Source: Lama glama (Eukaryota). Taken from it: DNA of 60,000 bases. A model generated the notes under the pieces. The model made no database searches. It worked only from the letters and a program-made list of their open reading frames with translations, and had not been told where the DNA came from. Below, one piece after another: positions 40,985-51,518 of this stretch; position 1 is the first letter of the stretch; each line of letters starts with the position of its first letter. Location: assembly GCA_028534125.1 (NCBI GenBank), contig CM052817.1, forward strand, positions 12,340,001 through 12,400,000. The letters run 5' to 3'. The translations under genes were made by a program, and so were the position numbers.

Positions 40985-41165
40985 AAAAGTGAGAACTTCT
41001 GAGTCAGATGACTGACTTGAAATCCTGCCCTGGCCTCTCACCATCTACATGTCCATGTGAAATGTATTTCACTTCCCTAGGCTAGTTTCGTTAACAGTAA
41101 AAGGAAACAATAATAGAGTCTTTCTCAAAGGTTTTAGGAATTAAATGCAGTATTATGTAAGAACT
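40985..41165 (+). mobile_element. MIR SINE
   Basis: tgagtcagatgact..gaaatcctgcc..agtttcgttaacagtaaaa..aataatag. Confidence 0.65.
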
Positions 41166-41587
41166 GCTTAATATAATATAATATAAACATTAGGTATTTT
41201 ATTACATGTGTGATACATTCCACTGAGCACCAACCATGTGCCAAGAACTATGTTAGGAGCCATAGAGCCAATGGAGAGCAAAGAATTTGTAAAGAATGCT
41301 TGCATGGAGAAAGACAGAGAGAGAGAGAGAGAAAGGGCAAGATCTGTAATTACAATGCATTTGTGTTTTACAGTGTAATATACCATGACTGTAATGCTGG
41401 ATTTTAGCTACTGTGCTTGTTCTTATTTTTACCATTGCTTTGTTATTTCAAATATCAGAAGTCTTTTTTAAAAGATTTGGAAACATGAGATACGTTGATT
41501 TGCTTGATGTTATTTGCCTCCGTGAACCTGGGGAACACTACTTCAGCATTGATAAACATTTAAGGTCAGTACTAAAATTTGGATGAA

Positions 41588-41606
41588 TGAACACTAGATG
41601 GCGGCA
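41588..41606 (+). promoter_or_regulatory. Candidate CTCF-binding motif
   Basis: TGAACACTAGATGGCGGCA versus consensus TGGCCACCAGGGGGCGCTA; only position 4 is outside the commonly tolerated bases; CpG retained; in apparently unique sequence. Confidence 0.5.
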
Positions 41607-41984
41607 TGTATGAAAAATTAAATCGGAGTAAGCCACTGTGCCAGGTTAAAAAAAAAATCAAAGGAGTCTTTCACAACAATGACTTGCTTTTTTTCATTTG
41701 GTCAGTTATACATTTTTGTTTGTTTCTTTTTATGGTTTCAAAGATAAATTTTTAAGAAATCGGAAGGAAAAAGAGACAGGTGGAAATACATTTATACGCA
41801 TTTCTCTTGTTCTATAGGTAAGGTCATTGAACACTTTACTCTAGAATATCCACATGCAGATAGGTGCTTGCTGAAAGGAGATGTTTTTGAAAGAAACTCG
41901 TTTTAAATGCATTGCTTGACATTTAGGTACTAAGGATTCCAGAAACAATTGAACTTTAAAGAAACACATGATAATGGATATAAT

Positions 41985-42200
41985 TAATTGAGTGCTTAGG
42001 GAGGTTCAGGGTTAAAAACTGTTGTGGGTGTCACCTCATCATGTTTTTCAACAATCTAACAAGGTGGGTATATTTTTGGTCCTGTTTCGTATATGAGGAT
42101 GCAGAGTTTTACAAGGCTTAAGAACTGTGAGGTTACATGTGTAACTGAGGAAGCTGAGTTTCAAATTTTAAATCCAAATCATTCTGAGTCTCCACTGAAA
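41985..42200 (-). mobile_element. MIR SINE
   Basis: ttgagtgctta..caacaatctaacaaggtgggtat..atatgagga..gctgagtttcaaa. Confidence 0.6.
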
Positions 42201-42701
42201 TTTTAGCCATTTTGTTGTACAGATACTTAAATCACAGATTTTAACTACTTGATTCCTGTAAAATACATAATTTTGAGACATAGAGATAGCAGCAACCGAT
42301 GTTGAATATGAGGTAGAAATGGTTTGATTTGAAGATTGGAATCAAATTATTTACAAAAATTTTGAAAATATTGGTCTCTTAATTATCCAGAGAAAATATT
42401 TGACTCTTTTGACTTTGTTAGATAAGGAAAGTCAATTAAAATTGTTTTATTTTTCAGTTGTTTTAATTGCTATCCTAGATGGACTCAACCAGCTGTTTGT
42501 GTAATGAAACTCTTAACATATTACAGAAGAAACAGATTCTACTGTCATTATCCTTAGAAGTCAATAATTCATAAGATTCAAGAAAAAAGAAAAAGCAAAG
42601 AATCCACTGATTTTTAATATAGATACAAGTTGCATAATTTAGATTGTATGTAAATAGTATGTAGACTTCTAGCTTTTACATTTACAGTATTTGAGTCATG
42701 T

Positions 42702-43278
42702 TGCAGGAGGATTAATAAAATGGCTGCACTTAGGCTAACAGATTGCTTATTCTTACGCTCGCCCTTAAAATGGTCAACTGACCAGTTGCTACTCACAGTT
42801 CCAGGCCTATTGTTAAAACTAAAGCTATTGATCTTACTGTTCTACTTTATTCCAGTAACTGAAAGTAATAATCAAGCTTGGTCTCTGAGTCTTTCTCTAA
42901 GGAGAAGGTCACAGGACTGTAACCTTACAAAATAGCCTGAGTTACCAAGGAGACTACACCTTGAGTGCTCATGAGATAAAGAGATCAAACCACTGGCCTC
43001 TATAGAATTGGTCCCCTGGAGTTGTCATTTCTCCGTTCTAAGTCTTCTGATGAGAAAATGATTCTGTTGCTTGTTATCAATGCTTTATTGTTAGAGCTCT
43101 GGCTATATAACCACCACACCCCGTCCCCAAGGTGGGTGCACAGTTTTGAAGGCATCACCCTGCTGTGAGTCCCTTTAGCTCGGCAAAGCAATAAAATTGC
43201 CTCCTTTCTTCTAAGCTCCAAGACCTTGTCTCTGGGTTATTTGGCTCGTCAGGGATGGGGGCCAAACTTTTGGCAACA
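42702..43278 (+). mobile_element. ERV1-type solo LTR of a different family, ~577 bp
   Basis: Starts tgcaggagg (or tgttgc at 42699), ends ttggcaaca; flanks atgt/atgc; TATATAA at 43104, AATAAA at 43190; cacagttttgaaggcatc..ggcaaagcaataaa R-region motif. Confidence 0.85.
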
Positions 43279-43649
43279 ATGCTACAAAATATAACATGTA
43301 AACTTTAAAAAAACTGTGTATTTTGATGCTAAACTCCTATAGGTGATACTCTCATTTTAAAATGACACTATGTTCACAACTCAATTGTATACTCTTGTGT
43401 AACCATATTAATATTTTAAATTATGAAAACTAATTCTGCAGCCAAATCCTTACAGAATCATGAGAAAAAAATTGCTAATTGTCAACATTTTTTTTTGTAG
43501 TAGAAGATAGAGTGAAGGAAGAAAGCAATCCCATTCAGTTATTTAATTAGAAATTTTCCATGTCCCAGCTGATTCAGTATTTGCATATATCATTTACATG
43601 TATCAATGTTTTGTCTTAATTTGGCAGATAAAAATAGACCTTTTTACAT

Positions 43650-44950
43650 GAAATTATAACATCAATCTGTTAGACCCATTTAAAACATCTTATCCCAAAT
43701 TGGTAATACCCCATGTAGAAAATTTTTAAAATATGGAGAAATAAGTATTATTAAAATATCCATGCTGTTCTCAATCTACAGATAAGTATTATTCATGTTG
43801 AGTATATTTTTCTCTTGTGTTTTCTTAATGCGTTAGCACAGATGTACATAAAAACAGACATAACATATATCACATGCACACCCGTACGTCTAAAAATTAA
43901 AAACTTAGATTCTGTAGTGTCGACTGAAATAAATGCGCAGCCTAAAAGTTGAGAATTATGTTTTATTTGGTGGGCATTTCTGAGGACTCGAAACCCTTCG
44001 AACCCGGGATGACAGCCTCTCAGATCGCTCTGAGGGACTGCTCCGAAGAGGTAGGGGAGGGTCTAGGATATATAGGAGTTTTACAACAAAGACCAGGTAG
44101 TTGGAACATTAAAAGATTACTTGTTAAGGAAGGAAAACCAGGTATCTCAAGTTGAAGAATTTAGCGCTTTACAATGTATGGGAGGGAGCAAACATTTGGG
44201 CTCATTGTATTCATTCCTTTGAGAAACATCTAGCTATCTAGGGCCAGTATCCTGTCCTTTTTTATTCTGAGTCCCCTCAGAGGGCACGGTTGTGAGTGGC
44301 TGCAGAGGCTGGGCTGCAGACTTGTCTTCCCTGGGGGGTGTTGCGGCAGCAGCTGATGACATGATGATTTCAGCATTCTTTATTTACTGATATTGTTTGC
44401 AGTATTTTTTTTTTTTTACAGTAGGGTTTTTTAAACAACAGTATTTTGTGTGCACATTCCCTTGGCTATAAATAGTCTTTAAGAAACTATATGATGCAAC
44501 ATTGTATTCATTTAACAAAATCTATTTAAACATCCTCATAGAAATATATACAAGGTTTTATTCTATTTTTTGTAATAAATAATTGCAGTAACAACTTTAT
44601 ACATATATTTGACTGTTTTTCTGAGCGTTGCTTTCAGGTAGATGCCTAGACATGAAAATACTGGATTACAGGACATGAACATTTTTAAGATTCTTTGTCT
44701 ATATGCCCAATTGCTTTCCAGAATTTGTGTATCTACTTTTATTTCTATGGTAGCTTGTGAAACAGCCTTCCCTAACATACACTCAGCAAATCTTGACCAT
44801 TTTTATTTTTAAATTCTTAATCAAATTGATGTATAAAAAATAGTATATCGTTATTTGAATTCCCAGGTCTGGTTACTAGTACAGATGTCTGTATTTTCTC
44901 CTTGTGTTTCTTTTGTGCATTGGCTATATTCATGTTCCTTTTAGGCAACT
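43650..44950 (-). mobile_element. Ancient L1 (L1ME-like) fragment interrupted by LTR copy B
   Basis: catgtagaaaatttt at left; tagatgcctaga..actggattacaggacatgaacatttttaag..gcccaattgctttccagaa at right. Confidence 0.65.
43918..44420 (-). mobile_element. ERV1-type solo LTR copy B (same family as 40036-40535), 503 bp
   Basis: Reverse complement of copy A (~92% by manual alignment), TG...CA termini, perfect TSD gtag/gtag, intact AATAAA (tttatt at 43962). Confidence 0.93.
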
Positions 44951-45266
44951 TTATTGAAACAAACATAAAAGCAGCATCAAAACAACATGGTTGCCATACA
45001 ACCACCAATCAGCTTGAAGCCAGCTTAGCTCTTTTTGTTTAGAATGTGAATAATGTACAAAAGGATGCTGAAAAAAATTACCTCTAGGGTAGAAAACTGA
45101 TGCTAATAGTATTATTGTTTTTCAGGGAAAAAAATTTAAAAGTATGTTTGCTACTTCCCTTCTATTCCCTTGGCTAAATTTTGTTTTCACGTTTATTCAG
45201 TTAACTTAGGTATTTTTAGTGCTTCTCTGGATCACTTTTTCCAGTTCACCCAGATTAATCCTAGAA

Positions 45267-45524
45267 TAGAGATGCCAGATTTAGCAAATACAAATAGAGA
45301 ATATCCAGTTAAATTTGAATTTAGAATAAACAAAAATGACATTTTTAGTTTATGTGTATCCGCAATATTGCATGGAACATTGTTAAACTGAATATATATA
45401 CACACACACGTGTGTGTGTGTGTGTGTTTGTGTGTATAAGTATGTGTGTGTGTATCTATATATATTCATTGATTAGTTGAACTTCAAATTAAACTGGCAC
45501 CCTGTATTTTATCTGGGAACTCTA
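45267..45524. mobile_element. MER53 hAT MITE with internal microsatellite
   Basis: tagagatgccagatttagcaaata..ccagttaaatttgaattt ... ttcaaattaaactgg..ctgtattttatctgggaactcta; 8-bp flanks tcctagaa/tcctggga. Confidence 0.88.
45392..45463. repeat. Compound (TA)n(CA)n(TG)n microsatellite
   Basis: atatatatacacacacacgtgtgtgtgtgtgtgtg...gtgtgtatctatatata seen directly. Confidence 0.95.
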
Positions 45525-47741
45525 TCCTGGGATCATCATACCCAAACTGGGGCATTTGTCCCCACTCTCCCTAAGGTAGCTGTTGACCTACCATTGAGCT
45601 TTGATGAATACAGAACTAGTAAGAAATAGATAAGGACCAGTCATACTTTGACCTTCCCTCCATTCCTGAAAACACGTGTTTTCAGGCTCTAGAGGAATTT
45701 TATCCTCAGATACATATCTCAATCCTATCTACCTATTCCCAGAAGGAGCCGGGAGTACTAACCCTCCTCAGTCCGAACTCAGCCTGGAAATCAACAGGTG
45801 TTAAAGACAGTCATCTAGAATGCCACAGTCTTCATTTCAATGATACAGAATGCAAACATTCTTGAATGGCTACAATATTCAGCTTTTTTTTTTTTTTACA
45901 CTTTCATGTAAAATCCTTATAATGGTCTCTCTTTGCCTAGCACACAGCACAAATTACATTTTCTGCCCAAACTTCTGTAGGTGATAGTGAAACTATTATC
46001 ACTAGTGAGAGCATGGTTAGACTTTTATTTTACTTCAACCTAGACAAAGCAACCAATTAAAAACTGAATATTTAAAAGGTTAGTACATACCAGGCACTAT
46101 GCGAAGAGTTTATCAGGGAGATGAGGTTTCACGTTATCTCATTTAATTTTCAGCTCCTTGGAGTCGTCTTATGCTCCCAGGCTTTCCATCATGTTTCTCT
46201 CTCTGCCCCTTTTTACTTCTATCTTCTCACCACTTCTCTTTACCCTTCAACATCTAGTCCAGGCATCATCTCTTCTAGGTAGCCTACCAGACCCAGATAG
46301 CTGGCTTGAGGGATGTCCATCTGTGCTTCCTCAAACCTCTTTGCTTCCCCCTGTATTATAATAAGCCTTGGCTGCATGCACTCCAGAGCATCCCCCAGGG
46401 GCTTGTCACACTGGTGACCCCTTCCTTGGATAACTGTCAACCCCATAGACCCCCAGGTGGAGGTTTCCCACACATAAGAGGCAATCTACCCTGTATGGTG
46501 AACCACAGTCCTTCCACAGTTGATTGAGATGAAGAGATCTCTCATTGATGAAGGCTCGTCTAAGGGTTGGCCTGACACAAATTTTTGTATCAATGCTTTT
46601 CAGAGAGTCCACCAAGCTAACTGAATTAATTGAATTATTTCTAAGAAAATCTGAAGCAGAGAAGGAGAATATAGATGGGTCCTATTAATACTAGATCTCT
46701 GAAGTGAAGTGTAGTAAACTCTTATTGCTGCTGGGGGGATGGAAAGAAAACTTTGTTACTAAAGAAACTTGGAAGACTTTCACCCTTAGTTGTGTAGCAA
46801 AGTCATCCTTGACCCCTAGACGACGCTCAGCCTGCTGTTACGTGCGCTCATGTTCATGTCACGGTTTTGAACTATATATTTAGAGGCATGATTTATGTCT
46901 TCCATTTCTATACAGCTGTAGAAGAATGAGATGGATTTGCATTTCCAGTGAAGGCACTCCAAAAGATATACAGCTCAATGAAGTTTGAATGAACTGTGAT
47001 TTTCACCTTTTTTTGTCTCCAAACAGCTGGCAAACGCCAGCGTCCTACATTTTATTTAAAACAAGGATCTCTCTGCTTAGATTGGCTTTAGAAACAACTG
47101 CTGAAATATTGCCGTAAGTTAAGCCCTGGTTCACATTCTGCCTCCTTCCACTCGCCCTCAGGGATATTCCTAGACAAACAGGATTCTTGCACCTGTAAAT
47201 TCAGGTCTTTGTTTTTTTTTTTTTAAATGTGGATTATATGTTCTCTTTCATTGTATGAACAATACCCACTTAAAAAAAAAAAGAAAAAAAAAGAAAAAGG
47301 AAAACAACTGTAATAAAAAAAGAAAAGAAAATCAGTAACTTTAAGAGCAACAAGAAGAAATTACCAGGGAAACACAAAAGAGTAAGTGCTATATTCTTAC
47401 AAAAGTGATTAGAAAAAGCTTAATAAATGAAGTGATATTTTAAATCAATCAACCAATCAATCAACAACTTCCTAAAGAAAGAGATTAAGTCATCTCTAAT
47501 CTACCGTAGCAGTATCACAGACTCTAACCTCAGTGTATGTGGTATGTTTCTGACTGAAAAAACGTTGAAAAATTGAATATGATCCAATCTTTTTTTTTTT
47601 AAATGCAGTCTTTGCTAGAGGTAATAGGGTTTCATAGCTCAAAGGAGCTGAATAATTGAGTCTAATTTTCTAGGTTTATAAATTAGGCTAAAAGTCCAAA
47701 GAGGTTGTGATTTATCAAGTTAGATCAGCTGGGTTATTTTG

Positions 47742-48110
47742 CATAATGATAAGTGTTCTGAAGGCAACACATCAGAGCAATAAGACAGATAGTCACTCAG
47801 AGAGGCTGAAGGAAATGACAGAGTTGGGGGAATCACTGAAGGCCATTTGAACTGAGAGCAGAGTTACGAGAAAGCGCTCACTGTGCCTTACATGAGGGCA
47901 AAAGCATTTCAGGCAGAGAGTATGTAGCATATACAAAGGTCCAGAGGTTAATAACAACTTGACCTGCTTAAGGAACAAAGAGAAAGAGAGACTAGAAGTA
48001 AGAGTTAAAGCAGAAAGAACTGAAGCAGAGGCGAGATGAAGGAAGGCCTTGCAGACTATGGCAAGGCATTTGGGTCTTATTTTAAACTGAATGAAAAGCC
48101 ATTGGAAATT
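47742..48110 (-). mobile_element. L2 LINE fragment
   Basis: gcatttcaggcagagag..agcatatacaaaggtccagagg..ggccttgcagactatggcaagg..ttttaaactgaatgaaaagccattgga. Confidence 0.85.
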
Positions 48111-48250
48111 TGTATATATTTGCATATACTTATGTAAATCCATTATACATTTTTTACACATTTAATACATTTATACTTTTTATATTTATATATGTATACA
48201 TTTATAGTGCACACATTTTATATACTTTTATACATTTATAAATATATATT
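48110..48250. repeat. AT-rich low-complexity tract (tatacattt-like units)
   Basis: Repeated tatacattt/tatacttt units seen directly. Confidence 0.8.
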
Positions 48251-48411
48251 AAACTTCTCCTGTATACTGAGAACTACGTGCAACCATTGCAATCAGACAT
48301 GATTTAGGCAAGGCCTCTGCTCTCTAAAACTTCACAGTCTATTGGAGCAACATACCTAAAAACTATATATTTATAACAAATTGTAATCAGTGCCTTAGAG
48401 GAGGTAAGTTA

Positions 48412-48525
48412 AACTGTTAACTCTATAAGGACAGAGATATCCTCTGACTTGCTCTTTTCTGTATCTTCAGCTCATAACACAGTGTCTAGCACACAGTAGG
48501 TGCTTAATAAATGTTTATGAAAGGA
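48412..48525 (+). mobile_element. L2 LINE 3' end
   Basis: acacagtgtctagcacacagtaggtgcttaataaatgttt. Confidence 0.85.
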
Positions 48526-49309
48526 AGTAAGGGGGGAGGAAATACAGTAGTTACGTAGATCAGTAGCAGGTGCAGATTCTGTCCTCTAGGAATTAAAATA
48601 CCTCGAGCGAAGTTTTCCTGTTTGCTTTTCACAAGGGCTTATTCTGTGAAATGACAGAAAGTTTGCTTAATCCTCATTTTTCCCTGCACAAATCACTTCC
48701 TGCAGTTACTGAGGTGCTGTCATTAGACAGCCCTGGCTTTTCCTGGTAGTGTAGAAAAAGCTATCATGGTTGTCCCAGATGGGAGATTACATCTGACAGT
48801 CAACTTCTCTAGAGCTTGGGTGACACAAATGGACCTCCAAATGCCGGGAACTTGCTTGACAGACTTTGAGCACGTGCCAGCCCGCCTGACAAGGGCTCCA
48901 TCGTGGAGAGTATGGGTGATGGTGACAAAGTGGAGGGATATGGTAGAGTGGGGACACCGTGACTAGAGTCGCTGAAGAGAACAGAGCCATCGAGCAGGGG
49001 GAAAATGACAACAAGGAAGGTCTGAGGATTACAGGGTGATCTTAAAAACTGCATACTTGTCTTGAATAAGTAATCAGAGAAAAGTTACTATTGGTGTAAA
49101 GCTTGAACTATCTCCTTCCAGAAACCAGGTAAATCCTGGGAAGGCATCTCTTTTGTTTGTGATCAAGTCACTGTGAGTGTCTTGGGTGCTCAGAAGCAGT
49201 CAGTCACACAATAGGATTATTTACCACTGTTTCCTTCTCTCCCCTCCAGTAACACTTTTGTAAGGGCAGCAGCAGCTCTATTCTGGGAGGCGGGCTAGAG
49301 GGAAGAGTG

Positions 49310-49493
49310 CTTATAGACCCTCAGAACTGGAAGGGCATTTAAAGATCATCTGTTTCAAAACTTTAACCCGCAAACAAGGCAACTGAGGTTTAGAGACGTC
49401 AAGCGACGTGCCAAGGTCACTTTGTTGTTTCACAGCAGAGCCAGTCACAGAATCCAGGGCTCTTGATTCCCAGGCAAAAATATTTCTACACAG
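49310..49493 (-). mobile_element. MIR SINE (MIR3/MIRb-like)
   Basis: agaactggaagg..agatcatct..aactgagg..gccaaggtcac..gcagagccag..agaatccagg..gattcccagg. Confidence 0.8.
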
Positions 49494-51317
49494 CAGTGGA
49501 GTCCCAGCTGCTTTTTCAGACATAGTGACCTGAAGGTGGTTTGTCCTGGGGCAGACAGAGCCCAGAATGGTCAGGCAGCTCAGATTCTTCAGCCAGTTCA
49601 TTCTCTAATAGCCATGTTTATTGTTCAAGTAAAAGGGTAAATAAATGTGAGTTGGCTTAAGGGTGGAGATTTAACAGTTAGTTGAGAAACCAAAAATCCT
49701 TACTAGCCATCTTCATGGATAATCTGAACTGGCGTATTTTACTTACCACATATGGCAACTTAGAGTTGAGCTCACCTCATGTAAATCTTAAAAGCTGTCT
49801 GGATGGTAGGTATTAAATAGTCACTATGTGGTTAACCGAGTATGTTACAAAGCAATGAGAAACCATGGGATGGGCAATAGATTTGGCTTCAGGCATACCT
49901 GTTTTTCAACTTCTGCTCTGCTCCTTCTAAATTCAGAAAATATGGGGGGGTTAAGAGTTTCTTTGTGCCTTAATCCATCCAGCCTAAGATGATATTAATG
50001 CTCTGAAAAGGTGTTTTAATGACTGGTTATCGTCTACAAAATGATAAAATATACACAGACACATATACACCTATGTTCAAGGCAGTCAGTGGTAGATTTT
50101 AAAATATTACTTTATAATCACTATAAAATTAAAGTAAAAATTAAAATTCTGGATCAGTATCCATATGGGCAATATGGTTTGGGGTCCTGCAGAATTTGAT
50201 GCTTTACAAAGTAAGCATTCAAGTTATGAAGTTCTACCTTCTTGGTTCTCTTCCTTGTCAACTGTTTGAACACTGGGTAAGTCATCTAAGTATGCTAAAC
50301 TTTCCTTATTATTAAAAAAAAGGGGGGAGGAATGGGGAGAAATGGGATCTTAGTGAGTAAATGTTGTGCGTCTTAATTAGTTATCCATGCCAGGACTTAG
50401 CACTTGCCTGGCTCAGTTAAGCGATAGCTGTGGCTATTATCATCACCTCGATTACTCATAGGAAGCTGCTTGCAGCTTTTCAGACTTGGCACCTTTGAGA
50501 CTGGGTGTTATACAGGGAAAATCATGACCTGGAGACCCAAGTTTCACTCTCTGACTCTGCTTTTTTCACTTTTCATGATCACTCCTGTTCTCCCATCAGG
50601 AGGGCAGTTAATGGAGACAGGGCTAAGGCATCATAGCAGATGACTCAGAGACTGACCACGTCACACACAACAGCCCATGAAGAAACAGAGTCACTTAACA
50701 GGGTTTGTCTTGTATCAACAGTCCCAGGTCTTTCTGAGGACAATGTATGAACACTATACTCTTCTTTCTATAACGCCCAATAAAAAAAAGTGCTATAACT
50801 GACAGAAAGCATATTACTATCTTAGATCTAAAGTACATACAGAGGATATGAGAATAGCTCCTCTCTTCATTCTCACATGAAGAAACCAAGCAGACAGCCT
50901 TCCACACTGGTTAGGGGCAGAGCTGGAACTAAAATTTAGGTTTCTACTAAGACCTTTCCATACAATCAGGCTGAACTGATATTTTTCTGTCTTCTTAAAC
51001 ATTTAATACTAAATATAATGAAGTTCCATAAATAATGAAATGTTTAATTCCATGAATGTATCTTCCTTCCAAAGATACTTTGTGAAAGTTATTTATTCAC
51101 ACATTGAATTCAGGACCATGAGCAGGTTGCAGACTGAAATTATTAACTTCTATCTACAAGGAAGGGCATTATAACAGAAGAAACCAAGGATTGAGACCAA
51201 TTTCAAAGCAATTCAGGGAAAAATGAAAAGCTTGGGCTTGGAATTGCTACATATCATGTCCCAGATGAATCCCCTGTGCCCATATTCCTTTCCCTCAGTA
51301 GAGAGGAAATAGGACAT

Positions 51318-51518
51318 GTGGAAAAGACCGTGGGCTTTAGTGCCAGAGAAACTTGGATTACAAATCCAGTCTCATCACTATTTGAAGAATATCTTAATCC
51401 TCAGTGTCCTCATCTGTAAAATGGGGATAAATACCCACTTCACACGCTTGCTCCAAAGATTAAACAGAATATAAAAGTAAGCAGCATAATGATGTGTTAA
51501 ATAAATGCCAGCTATCTT
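51318..51518 (+). mobile_element. MIR SINE
   Basis: gtggaaaaga..tgggcttt..caaatcca..cctcagtgtcctcatctgtaaaatggggata. Confidence 0.88.

Noticed and set aside
40298..44155. Near-identical 68-aa ORFs at 40298-40504 (-) and 43949-44155 (+)
   Set aside because: Both are antisense frames of the two LTR copies, with TTG as the listed start; 7 amino-acid differences over few nucleotide changes gives no sign of purifying selection
40036..44420. One provirus, or a DNA transposon with 500-bp TIRs
   Set aside because: Proviral LTRs are direct repeats; here each copy has its own distinct TSD, the outer flanks (actg/gtag) do not match, and the spacer holds host DNA with older repeats and no gag/pol or transposase
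47205..47330. T-run and A-rich tract as a possible retrocopy tail
   Set aside because: No upstream poly(A) signal, TSD or recognisable cDNA body
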